From: an uncultured Lentisphaerales bacterium
GTDB lineage: Bacteria; Verrucomicrobiota; Kiritimatiellia; RFP12; UBA3636
Length of the DNA stretch: 54,125 nucleotides
Reading direction: 5' to 3'
Assembly (NCBI GenBank): GCA_964405775.1
Contig: CAYOPG010000004.1
Span: 1 to 54,125, forward strand
Shown: positions 45,961 through 54,125 of the stretch, in pieces
How the letters are laid out: the number at the start of each line of letters is the position of its first letter
Position numbering within the stretch: position 1 is the first letter of the stretch
Position numbers and translations under genes: made by a program
Notes under the pieces: generated by a model
What the model saw: only the letters and a program-made list of their open reading frames with translations
The model's database searches: none
Told to the model about the DNA's origin: nothing

Positions 45961-48384
45961 ATGAACGGAAATGTGGAACGCGCGAAAAAAACCGTCGCGT
46001 GTATAGTGCCTGTGCTGTCCGTGGTAATAGCTGCGTTGCTGCTCCAGTTCCCGTTGGCCACCATGGTGCCGCTGAGCAATCACGAAGTATTGTATGCTTG
46101 GCAATCGGATCTGGTGCGCAGATTTTTCCCGGTGTTCGTATTGACTGTTGTTGCAATCTCTGTTTGCCTCTGGATTTTGAGCGGACGGGTGACACGCGCC
46201 TCACAGCCAGGTCGAGCACAACACGTTGCGAACAGCCTGCGTCCGCTTGCATGGCTCCCTCTTTGCGTGGTGCTCAGCCAGTGCTCCGTGTGGCTCGGCG
46301 CCACCGTTTCGGGGCTGATAATCGCCTTCGGTCCCGCGCTCATCCTCGCGCTGTGCGCCGAAAGGCTGGTTGGCGATTCAATCCGGCAAGACAAGTCGGC
46401 CGGTGTGCGCTACTGGGCGGTGCACTTTATTGTTTATTCTGCGTTCATCCTGGGCGTTGGCCTGTATTTCAATAATGAGGTGGGAGAGCAGATGGGCGAT
46501 GAAAAGCACTACATGATCATAGCTCAGAGCCTGTTCGAAGATGGCGACATGGATTTGGCGAGAGAGATGAAGGATTTTATTCCCTCCGCCCACCCTGACC
46601 GCCGTCAAATGCTAAACTACTCGCATCTGCGCGAGAACAAAACAGGCCAGCTGTACAGCTACCATGCGTTCGGACTCCCCATTCTCGCTTTGCCTTTTTG
46701 GTTTACGGGTTTTTTCGGGCGTCAGCTGGTGCTTGCCCTGATTGCCGGGTTCACCATTGTCGGCTGCGGAGCCGCGTGCCATGCTGCCGGGGCTTCGCGC
46801 CGGGCATCGGCCATCGTGGCTTGGGGGTTAGGCCTCACGTTTGCAGGCGCCGTGAATGCCATCCGTTTCCTGCCTGAAACTCTGGGTTGTGGACTGGTCG
46901 TTTGGGCGTTCTGGAGTATCCTCGCCCAAAAAAAACGCCCTTGGGTCTCCTCAATCGTCGCCGCAGTATGCTGCGGCTACTTGCCATACGCGCATACCCG
47001 TTTCGCTCCCGTGAGCCTTATGTTGGCGTTATTCTTTGGGCTTGAAGGACTCTTCGGCATGAGGTTGGAAAAAATGCGCGTCAAGGTTGCACGTCTGACG
47101 GTCTTTTCGTTGATTTACGCCATCTGCGGTTTTACCCTGCTTTGGTTTCACAGCTGGATGTTTTCCGGCTCTGGAGCATACGAATACGACAAAATTCTGT
47201 TTTCGTACCCGAAGGCCATGTGGGCCGTTATAGTGGAGCACCGCGGCTTGTTCAGCGTGATCACACCGCTTGTGTGGTACCTTGCCGCCGCGCCGCATGT
47301 GATAATCACGGAGCGCCAGTACCGCCGCCATGGCTTGGAGGCGCTTGCGGTTGTGCTGGTTGTCCTCGCTACTTCGTGTTCGAACTCGGCAGCGCTGGGC
47401 GGACGTTGCATACCGGGCCGCTATTTCTTAACGGCGGTCCCGCTTCTGCTCCCGTCTGCAGCGCTAGCGCTTTCAAAATGCCGATCTTCGGCTCGTTTCT
47501 GGTATTACTCCCTGTCGGCAGTTTCCACGCTCATCCTTTTCGCGGCACTCGTGCTAGTCAAACGCGGCAACTTTTTCTCTGTTCTGCCGCTAGACAGCCT
47601 GCGTGGCTATGTGGGCTTCCATCTGATATGGCAGCCCTTGTCTTCGACGTTACACTCAGTTTCCCCGGAGGCATTCACGTACACAACGGCATACGTACTG
47701 TTTCTGATCGCAGTGTCGTTTCTGTTAATGATCATACACTTGAATGGTGCAATTCTCGCCGTATCGACTATCATGCTACTTGGAGCGGCACTGGTTTCCG
47801 GTGCCAAGGTGAATGCCACTGAAAACGTAGAGCGTGATAGAATACTGGGCAGAATGACAGTATATTGGGGAAGCTTGCAAAAGGTCGGCGACTCGGGAGG
47901 TACAATTTTCGAAACACTCGGCATTGTGGAAAAACTCGGGAATCGAAATCCTTTTTACTTGCTTTCACGAGACGTGGAGGGGCTTGGCCCTGGAGGCCGA
48001 ATCAAAGTGGCTGACATCCCTCCCAACGACTGGGATGGGCGCGGCTACAGTTGGAAGGGTCTGCATACCCAAATCCGCCATAACGTTGACTCTACGATTG
48101 CCATAAGGGTCATAGGACAGACCTTGTCGGGCTCCGCTGTCTTCGCCGTGCGTCAGGGTGCGCTCACGTTGGAAGACGGCGTGAGGTGCGAACCTGGCAA
48201 AATCGACTTCACTTGGATTGTGACGACTCGGCGAGGCCGCGGCTGGGTTAATCCTGTAGTTCGGATAGAGGGTGAACACGCAGCCGTGAGAATCGATCAC
48301 GTATACGTGGTGCCGTACTCCGACCCCATGGGCAAGGGAGGGCTTCCGCTAGATCACGCCTCCACTATTCGTGATCTGCGCTGA
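45961..48384 (+). CDS. Large polytopic membrane protein, probable GT-C fold glycosyltransferase
   Basis: Many TMs; GDEKHY..IAQSL.EDGD.DL first-loop motif, PET, RY motifs; soluble C-terminal domain. Confidence 0.6.
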   Translation: MNGNVERAKKTVACIVPVLSVVIAALLLQFPLATMVPLSNHEVLYAWQSDLVRRFFPVFVLTVVAISVCLWILSGRVTRASQPGRAQHVANSLRPLAWLPLCVVLSQCSVWLGATVSGLIIAFGPALILALCAERLVGDSIRQDKSAGVRYWAVHFIVYSAFILGVGLYFNNEVGEQMGDEKHYMIIAQSLFEDGDMDLAREMKDFIPSAHPDRRQMLNYSHLRENKTGQLYSYHAFGLPILALPFWFTGFFGRQLVLALIAGFTIVGCGAACHAAGASRRASAIVAWGLGLTFAGAVNAIRFLPETLGCGLVVWAFWSILAQKKRPWVSSIVAAVCCGYLPYAHTRFAPVSLMLALFFGLEGLFGMRLEKMRVKVARLTVFSLIYAICGFTLLWFHSWMFSGSGAYEYDKILFSYPKAMWAVIVEHRGLFSVITPLVWYLAAAPHVIITERQYRRHGLEALAVVLVVLATSCSNSAALGGRCIPGRYFLTAVPLLLPSAALALSKCRSSARFWYYSLSAVSTLILFAALVLVKRGNFFSVLPLDSLRGYVGFHLIWQPLSSTLHSVSPEAFTYTTAYVLFLIAVSFLLMIIHLNGAILAVSTIMLLGAALVSGAKVNATENVERDRILGRMTVYWGSLQKVGDSGGTIFETLGIVEKLGNRNPFYLLSRDVEGLGPGGRIKVADIPPNDWDGRGYSWKGLHTQIRHNVDSTIAIRVIGQTLSGSAVFAVRQGALTLEDGVRCEPGKIDFTWIVTTRRGRGWVNPVVRIEGEHAAVRIDHVYVVPYSDPMGKGGLPLDHASTIRDLR

Positions 48385-48419
48385 ATGCGTTTGTGGACTC
48401 TGTCGTATGTGTCTAAAAG

Positions 48420-49052
48420 TTAGAACTTGATGTCTAGACCCACGTGCATCGTGTGGTAACCGGTCCAATCATCCTTGCCGCCGGTTATCTCGTAATCATC
48501 GTCGAACTGGTCGCTGACGTCCAGCACGATGTAGTCGTACCCGAGCTCAAGAGAGAGGTTGTCCGCGAGTTCTATGCTTAGACCAGCGCCAATTCCGGCG
48601 GAGAAATAAGCGTCTTCCTCTGTATTATCGATCTCATACCAGTAGCCGTGGTCGTCATATTCATAATCGGGGCCGTTGTATTCCCAGTAGTTTATGATTA
48701 CGCCGACTCGCCCGCGCACATATAGAGCCAGACTTTCATTGAGTGGCGCGTATTGTGTCAGGCCACCGAAAATGCCCCAGTTCATGGAGTCGTCAAGATA
48801 GTCCGGCAGATCAATTCCGCCCGCCACTATTGTGTCAACAAAGATCTCCGTATAATCAAGCACATATACCCCGAACCTAGCAGATATGCCAGCGAAGTCA
48901 TAATAAAGATCCGAGTCGTTCGCAAGCATGTACAAGCCGCTGATGTTTATATCAAAGGCCGAGTCGAACTGATCGGCCTGAGCAGGTGCCACAGAGAAAG
49001 CTAGAGTGATCGCAGCCGCTGTCGCTAAGATAGAGGTTCTCGATTTTTTCAT
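48420..49052 (-). CDS. Small outer-membrane beta-barrel protein
   Basis: Signal peptide ending AQA, alternating beta pattern, C-terminal Phe (VGLDIKF). Confidence 0.75.
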   Translation of the reverse strand: MKKSRTSILATAAAITLAFSVAPAQADQFDSAFDINISGLYMLANDSDLYYDFAGISARFGVYVLDYTEIFVDTIVAGGIDLPDYLDDSMNWGIFGGLTQYAPLNESLALYVRGRVGVIINYWEYNGPDYEYDDHGYWYEIDNTEEDAYFSAGIGAGLSIELADNLSLELGYDYIVLDVSDQFDDDYEITGGKDDWTGYHTMHVGLDIKF

Positions 49053-49171
49053 GCGTTTTTACTCCTTGTTTATTATTGTTTGACTGCTGCTAAGCAGCGG
49101 TTATGAGAGCATTGCACTTGTACGAGGATCAGTATATAACGATGATGGAACGGAATGCAACAAAACAAATG

Positions 49172-50599
49172 TTATTTTTTTGGTCTTGTTCTGCCTTTGC
49201 CGGACTTCGGTTTCGGAGGAGGTTTGGGGCGCGCTGGGTCTCTGGTACGCGCGCGGAACTGGAGCTTTACCACTGCTCCTTCGAGTCCGAACTCATGACG
49301 AAGCGAGTTCGTTAGGAACTGTGAATAGTGTCCGGGAAGGCGACGTGGGTCGTTCACGAAAATGCGTATCATTATGGGGTTCCACCCGACTTGAGTCGCG
49401 TAATACATACGCAGCGGACGCCCCCCCATAGCGGGGACTCCTATTGATTCGTAGGCCCTTGAAAGAACTCTGTTAAGTAGACCGGTGGGAAGGGTTGCAC
49501 GACATTGCGTTGCCACGTGCTCTATCGCAACCAGCGCGTTGTTCACGTTCATGCCAGTCTTGGCCGACATGAAAATAATGGGACAGTAAGCCATGAACTT
49601 CATTTCGAAAGCTAGTTTTTCAGAGAATTCACGCTCTGAAATTTCAGAAACATCCCATTTGTTTACGACGATAACGCAACCTTTCCCGCTTTCGCTGATG
49701 AGCCCGGCAAGCTGTTTGTCGAGAAGCCCCACGCCGCGAGTGGAGTCGAGCATTAGAACGACTACGTCTGCCCTGCTGATGCTCTCCTGCATACGATAGC
49801 GGCTGTAGCGCTCCACTGCCGTGTCTACCCGCGCCTCCCGGCGGGCGCCTGCGGTGTCGATAAGAGTGTAGTTGCGTCCCTCGACCGAGAATGGTACGTC
49901 TATGCTGTCGCGCGTGGTACCCGGCACGTCCGACACCAGTACTCGTTCTGCGCGGAGTAGCTTGTTGATGAAGGACGACTTGCCCGCGTTTGGACGTCCT
50001 ACGACAGCAACGCATAGGTCGTCTTTATCGTCGTCCGGTCCGGCGCCGAAACGCTCGACTTGGGGTGGAAGTTCTCGTAAAACGCTTTTCATCAGGTCGT
50101 CGAATCCGCGACCGTGGAGCGCTGATATAGGGAACACCGGAAAGCCAAGCGATGCGAAGTCCGCAGAGGCGTTATCCATCTCAGGCGTGTCTGACTTATT
50201 GACTGCGAGAAACACCTTTGTTCCGGACTTGCGTAAAAGCTTCGCGACTTCCTCGTCTAGCGGAGTGAGGCCGCTCTGTCCGTCGACTACGAAAATCACA
50301 GACGGGGCGTCATTGATTGCGGCTTCCGCCTGGACTCGTATGCCGGCGTCGATGCGGTCGTGAATTGTCTCGTTGTCGATGTTAAAGATGCCACCGGTAT
50401 CGATAAGCGAAAATCTTTGGTCGCCCCAATAGACCTCGCGCACGAGCCTGTCTCGCGTGACCCCGGGCTCCCCATGAACTATCGCGATGCGTTTTTTTGC
50501 GATTCGGTTGAAGACGGCGGATTTCCCGACGTTTGGTCTGCCCACTATCGCAACCGTACGACCCTTGCCGCCGGTTGTGTTCTCAAGAATATCTTCCAT
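49172..50599 (-). CDS. der: Ribosome biogenesis GTPase Der (EngA)
   Basis: Two G domains (GRPNVGKS/DTGG/NKSD; GRPNAGKSS/DTAG/NKWD) plus KH-like C-domain. Confidence 0.96.
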   Translation of the reverse strand: MEDILENTTGGKGRTVAIVGRPNVGKSAVFNRIAKKRIAIVHGEPGVTRDRLVREVYWGDQRFSLIDTGGIFNIDNETIHDRIDAGIRVQAEAAINDAPSVIFVVDGQSGLTPLDEEVAKLLRKSGTKVFLAVNKSDTPEMDNASADFASLGFPVFPISALHGRGFDDLMKSVLRELPPQVERFGAGPDDDKDDLCVAVVGRPNAGKSSFINKLLRAERVLVSDVPGTTRDSIDVPFSVEGRNYTLIDTAGARREARVDTAVERYSRYRMQESISRADVVVLMLDSTRGVGLLDKQLAGLISESGKGCVIVVNKWDVSEISEREFSEKLAFEMKFMAYCPIIFMSAKTGMNVNNALVAIEHVATQCRATLPTGLLNRVLSRAYESIGVPAMGGRPLRMYYATQVGWNPIMIRIFVNDPRRLPGHYSQFLTNSLRHEFGLEGAVVKLQFRARTRDPARPKPPPKPKSGKGRTRPKK

Positions 50600-50647
50600 T
50601 GCGTTTATATTTTGTCAAATTTGTCCGGCATCTGGCAGAGCCTTTGC

Positions 50648-51952
50648 TCAGCCCGCCATATCAGCAGCCTTGCGGCAGCGTGCGCACACGCGTTCGCGCC
50701 CGATGAGCGTGAGCAGTTCGAAAAGGCCTGGCCCTTCGCCGACTCCCGACACCGCCACTCGGAGCGGGTGGACAACGGCTCCCATGCCGCCAAGTTCCTC
50801 GCCCTTATCCTTTACAAGCTTCTCCGTAGTGTCGATTGTGAACTCGGGCAAAGCCTCGAATTTGTCAGCGAACTCCCGCAGGAGGTCTGCTACTCCTTCG
50901 CGTTTCAGGCGTTTATTGACGGCTGCCTCGGAGTAGGGGAAATCGTCGGTGAAAAGGTATATGCAGTTGTCCGGGATGTCCTTGTATGTTTTCGTGCGCG
51001 GCTGTATTGGATCCAGCACGGCGTCCAGATCGCCAATCAGAGGCTTCGTGGGCAGACCCGCCGCTTCCATTCGCGACAGAAACTCCGTCTTGAATTCCTC
51101 GCGAGGCTGTCTGGCTATATATTCGCCGTTCATCCATGTCAGCTTTTTTATGTCGAAGCGCGCGGGGCTCGATTTGCAGTGGTCCAACGAGAATGCCTCT
51201 ATCAGTTCCTCACGCGTCATTATCTCGCGGTCGTCGCCCGGAGCCCAGCCGAGAAGGACGAGGAAGTTGAACAGCGCATCGGGCAAGAACCCCTGCTCGC
51301 GGAATTCTCCAACGAAAGCGGCGCCATCGCGCTTAGAGTACGGCTTGCCCTGGTTGTTGACTATCATCGGCAGGTGCGCGTAGGCTGGCGGGACAACATC
51401 CATAGCCTTGAACATCTCGATGTGTTTGAAAGTGTTCTCGACGTGGTCGTCGCCCCGTATCACGTGAGTGATGCCCATATCTGCGTCGTCTACGACATTC
51501 GCGAGGTGGAACACAGGTGTGCCGTCTGAGCGTACTATTACGAAATCCTGCGTGTCTTCGGCCTTCTTTTTGAGGTCTCCCTTAACGAGGTCGTGGAAGC
51601 GGAGCGTGCCTTCCTTAGGCATGCGGAATACCAGGCATTCGCCTTCGCCTCCCTTGTTGTCACGGTATGCGAAGCCTTTCGCCTCAAGCTCGGAGGCCAC
51701 GGCAAGATGGCGCACCGTGTTGGCGCTTTGGTAAACGGCAGACTCATCGTAATCAAGTTTTAGCCATTCCATGCATTCAAGCAGGGTCTTTATGGCTTCT
51801 GGTGTGGAACGTTCGAGATCCGTGTCCTCCACGCGAAGCAGGAACTTGCCCCCTTCGTGGCGTGCGAAGAGCCAATTGAAAACTGCCGCGCGGATATTGC
51901 CTATGTGGACATTACCTGTGGGGCTGGGTGCGAAACGGACGCGGACGGACAT
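50648..51952 (-). CDS. gltX: Glutamate-tRNA ligase
   Basis: RFAPSPTG, HIGN, LRVEDTD, VIRGDDH, YSKR. Confidence 0.95.
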   Translation of the reverse strand: MSVRVRFAPSPTGNVHIGNIRAAVFNWLFARHEGGKFLLRVEDTDLERSTPEAIKTLLECMEWLKLDYDESAVYQSANTVRHLAVASELEAKGFAYRDNKGGEGECLVFRMPKEGTLRFHDLVKGDLKKKAEDTQDFVIVRSDGTPVFHLANVVDDADMGITHVIRGDDHVENTFKHIEMFKAMDVVPPAYAHLPMIVNNQGKPYSKRDGAAFVGEFREQGFLPDALFNFLVLLGWAPGDDREIMTREELIEAFSLDHCKSSPARFDIKKLTWMNGEYIARQPREEFKTEFLSRMEAAGLPTKPLIGDLDAVLDPIQPRTKTYKDIPDNCIYLFTDDFPYSEAAVNKRLKREGVADLLREFADKFEALPEFTIDTTEKLVKDKGEELGGMGAVVHPLRVAVSGVGEGPGLFELLTLIGRERVCARCRKAADMAG

Positions 51953-52004
51953 TGCTTGCCTTTCTTCTTGATGCTTTCTCTTATTGCTAAATCATTCATT
52001 TTAC

Positions 52005-52113
52005 AACGTCAAAGGTGACTCACGGCTGCCCGTGGCGCGACTCCTGCCCCGAGCGAAGCGAGGAAGCAGGAGGCGTGACGCGGGTAGCCGTTGAGTCCAC
52101 CGCCTTGTTGGGC
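52005..52113 (-). mobile_element. Integron attC recombination site
   Basis: GCCCAAC (R'') + 5 nt + GGTGGACTCAACGGCTACCCG ... CGGGCAGCCGTGAGTCACC + 6 nt + GTT (R'); hairpin with extrahelical G and A. Confidence 0.9.
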
Positions 52114-53048
52114 ATTTTGATTTTGTATTCGGGAGCAAACTCGCAGACTCTTGTAGTATCATCCATCCATGAAAGATTCCTTCCTATGACTAACTCTGTC
52201 ATTTCTGCATGATGGGTATTCTTCATCGGAATGGGCTTGGCTTGCAGAGAATACTTTCGTGCAAAACTCTTCACCTCATCAGAATTGTCGTAAGTCATTA
52301 TAAAATCACCCGCTAATTCTGAACATTTCTTGAAGAGCGTATCGTGGTCGACGCTAGAATGCGTGTAGAGGCGACTACCAGCGTTTTTTCCGCCCGCCGT
52401 GTAAGGAGGATCGATGAAATAGACCGCATCATGGTCTTCCTTGTGTTTATCTAATACGTCAAAAGCATCACCCTGCTCAAAACGTAGTCTTGGCAATACA
52501 TGCGTGATGTCATTGATTCGCTTTGCGAGCGTGGATGGATACCATCTTGATAAGATACCCTTTCCTGCTTCGCCGTTCTTCAAAAAGCCAGAACCGGCGG
52601 CCAAGATTCCGCCGTGGAGGGTTCTGTTCTTAATTATTGTTTGAAACGCCTTCTCTTTGCGGCTTTGGGGAATCCTCTGAGTTTCCTTAATAGCGTTCTC
52701 TTTCGACATCTCAAAATGTAGAATCTGATTGGATAGCCACTCGCCCTCTCCGGAAGTGATGGTGTCCCACACTGCTGCAATTTCATCATCTAGTTCCACC
52801 ATCAACACATTCTCCGTCAAATTCTCGAATGCTGCGGTGAGAGAGACAATGCCCCCTCCCGCAAAAGGTTCAATCAATAGGCTTGGCTTACACGGACGAC
52901 TCCGAAGCCACTCTCTGAGACGAGGTATAAACCACGTCTTGCCACCTGGATACCGAAATGGACTTCGCTGAGGGACGGAAGCAACGTTGACTGGACGGGC
53001 TTGGTCTGGCAAATCAAAGCCAAACAAATCTTTCGAAGCGTGCATCAT
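52020..53048 (-). CDS. D12-class N6-adenine DNA methyltransferase
   Basis: SPFRYPGGK, EPFAGGG (motif I), DPPY (motif IV), MTYD. Confidence 0.92.
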   Translation of the reverse strand: MMHASKDLFGFDLPDQARPVNVASVPQRSPFRYPGGKTWFIPRLREWLRSRPCKPSLLIEPFAGGGIVSLTAAFENLTENVLMVELDDEIAAVWDTITSGEGEWLSNQILHFEMSKENAIKETQRIPQSRKEKAFQTIIKNRTLHGGILAAGSGFLKNGEAGKGILSRWYPSTLAKRINDITHVLPRLRFEQGDAFDVLDKHKEDHDAVYFIDPPYTAGGKNAGSRLYTHSSVDHDTLFKKCSELAGDFIMTYDNSDEVKSFARKYSLQAKPIPMKNTHHAEMTELVIGRNLSWMDDTTRVCEFAPEYKIKMPNKAVDSTATRVTPPASSLRSGQESRHGQP

Positions 53049-53917
53049 GAACTGAACGGAGTATCAATCGTTTGGTTTGTTGGAGGCGATTCTAATTTCT
53101 CGTCAACCTTAGCTTGTAGAATCTTTAGAAAGTCATCAACTTTCCCAATTTTTGGGCGCGTAATCGTGTTCAGCGCCTCAGAAAACCTAGTATACACAGT
53201 CTTCGTCTTGCGAATCTTCAAACACCCAGAATGGTCAACGACTAGGTCATAGACAAGCCATGCGACATCTGCATCTTTTGGGGGTGTTTCCTGCAATTGA
53301 GGTAATGTATTAAAGAATGGTGAATCAAGAGCGACAGCCATCTTCTTTCCCCATGCATTTAGTATGCCTCCTTTGAACATCAATTGAGGCGCAAGACGTT
53401 TCCGCGAAGAAGACAAGAAATCAGGTCTGGGGTAATTTGGCTCGTTTCTCCAATCCATATCTTGGTGCGCCGCACAATCTGACATGTAGCGAGCAAATGG
53501 ATCACGAACATTACCTGAGATGTAAACGGCTTGAACCTCAAGTGAGCCAAAATCGATCACTTTCCCAGCGGCGTCATAAGCTACTAGCACTACATCGATG
53601 TTGCCAGCGGATTTCCCTTCTCCATCCGCCAGTCTGACCTCAGTCAAGGAGGTCCACATCGAACCATCTGGGAAGAAAAAAGCCGCAGCATCATCGGCAA
53701 TTAGCCAGTCCTCTCGAAATCTGACTGGGCAGGTAATTACAGGGGATTGTCCGTGGAATACGCTGCAAACGCCCAACGGATCTTTCGCTTTGTCTTTGGT
53801 GCAACTTGGCACCTTATTGTTGAAGGGACAAAGTTTATGCTTCCTGAAGCGTTGTGCGCGATCAGAAAAATCGGACGTGGAGTGTCCGAAAACTTCAGCT
53901 AGAGGGTGATTTGGCAT
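53045..53917 (-). CDS. NotI-family type II restriction endonuclease
   Basis: CPF...C.K...GVCS...CPVRF four-Cys motif, NIDVVL, EVQAVYISGN, RPDFLSSSRKRLAPQL..KG; ATGA overlap with MTase. Confidence 0.8.
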   Translation of the reverse strand: MPNHPLAEVFGHSTSDFSDRAQRFRKHKLCPFNNKVPSCTKDKAKDPLGVCSVFHGQSPVITCPVRFREDWLIADDAAAFFFPDGSMWTSLTEVRLADGEGKSAGNIDVVLVAYDAAGKVIDFGSLEVQAVYISGNVRDPFARYMSDCAAHQDMDWRNEPNYPRPDFLSSSRKRLAPQLMFKGGILNAWGKKMAVALDSPFFNTLPQLQETPPKDADVAWLVYDLVVDHSGCLKIRKTKTVYTRFSEALNTITRPKIGKVDDFLKILQAKVDEKLESPPTNQTIDTPFSS

Positions 53918-54024
53918 GACTTTGACAGTGAAGGGAAAGCTGATTCTCGGCGATTCTTATTTTTCGCCCAACAGTGTTATTGAGCCTACTTCGCACAATG
54001 GCTTCTTTGAGTAAAACGATGGTG

Positions 54025-54053
54025 ATTATAGGTTTCATTTCAGTTTCAGTCAA
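54025..54053 (-). promoter_or_regulatory. Near-consensus sigma70 promoter facing into the cassette
   Basis: Minus strand TTGACT (54053-54048), 17 nt, TATAAT (54030-54025). Confidence 0.8.
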
Positions 54054-54125
54054 GTCCAGAAAACGTTATTCGAGCCGATTGCGTTGTTCATGGTATGCCT
54101 GTATTCATTGGGTGAAATTCATACG

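Larger units (their letters stand above)
52007..53971 (-). mobile_element. Integron gene cassette (1965 bp) carrying a restriction-modification pair
   Basis: Begins G/TTGGGC at 53972-53966, the exact complement of its own R'' GCCCAAC; ends in attC; visibly more AT-rich than the flanks. Confidence 0.85.

Noticed and set aside
40205-48384. Idea that the glycan locus glycosylates the adjacent pseudopilin
   Set aside because: Convergent orientation, separate regulation, adjacency only
49084-49100. Short hairpin CTGCTGC-TAA-GCAGCGG between der and the OMP gene
   Set aside because: No U-tract on either strand; not enough to call a terminator
50360-51529. 389-aa plus-strand ORF
   Set aside because: Antisense shadow of gltX and der; no recognisable motifs
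50648-51952. GluRS motif variants HIGN and KPYSKR
   Set aside because: Within normal class I variation; the rest of the enzyme looks ordinary
53966-54125. Possible second attC upstream of the cassette
   Set aside because: The repeats there are direct, not inverted, so no attC hairpin forms; kept only as an attI-like or secondary-site candidate

Overview
Chromosomal window, about 40 genes, probably from a PVC-superphylum bacterium (Kiritimatiellae/Lentisphaerae-like; inferred from an H-X9-DG pseudopilin and overall gene content, not verified). Mostly housekeeping and transport genes: purF-like, purC, hrpB, parB, der, gltX, potABC, yejBEF-like, umuDC, nfeD-floA, wcaJ, tRNA-Ile2(CAT) and tRNA-Pro(GGG). 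Four things stand out. (1) A cobalamin riboswitch (~37995-38182) leads a two-gene unit made of a large secreted protein and a type IV-like pseudopilin, with no btuB/btuFCD, suggesting a pilus-linked corrinoid capture module. (2) A 1965-bp integron gene cassette (52007-53971, minus strand) has a textbook attC, carries a NotI-family nuclease plus a D12 adenine methylase, and sits between a near-consensus promoter and the essential gltX-der genes. (3) A PHP-phosphoesterase/phosphoribosyltransferase fusion lies inside a glycan locus and may be a new ribofuranosyltransferase architecture. (4) A coupled pair of kinase-domain-less histidine-kinase-like proteins, one keeping the His and one with Gln. 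A Gfo/Idh/MocA gene carries two opposite frameshifts, and the PurF homologue has Ser in place of the catalytic Cys1. No CRISPR array, rRNA, transposase or integrase was seen. All family calls come from motif recognition by eye, without database searches.
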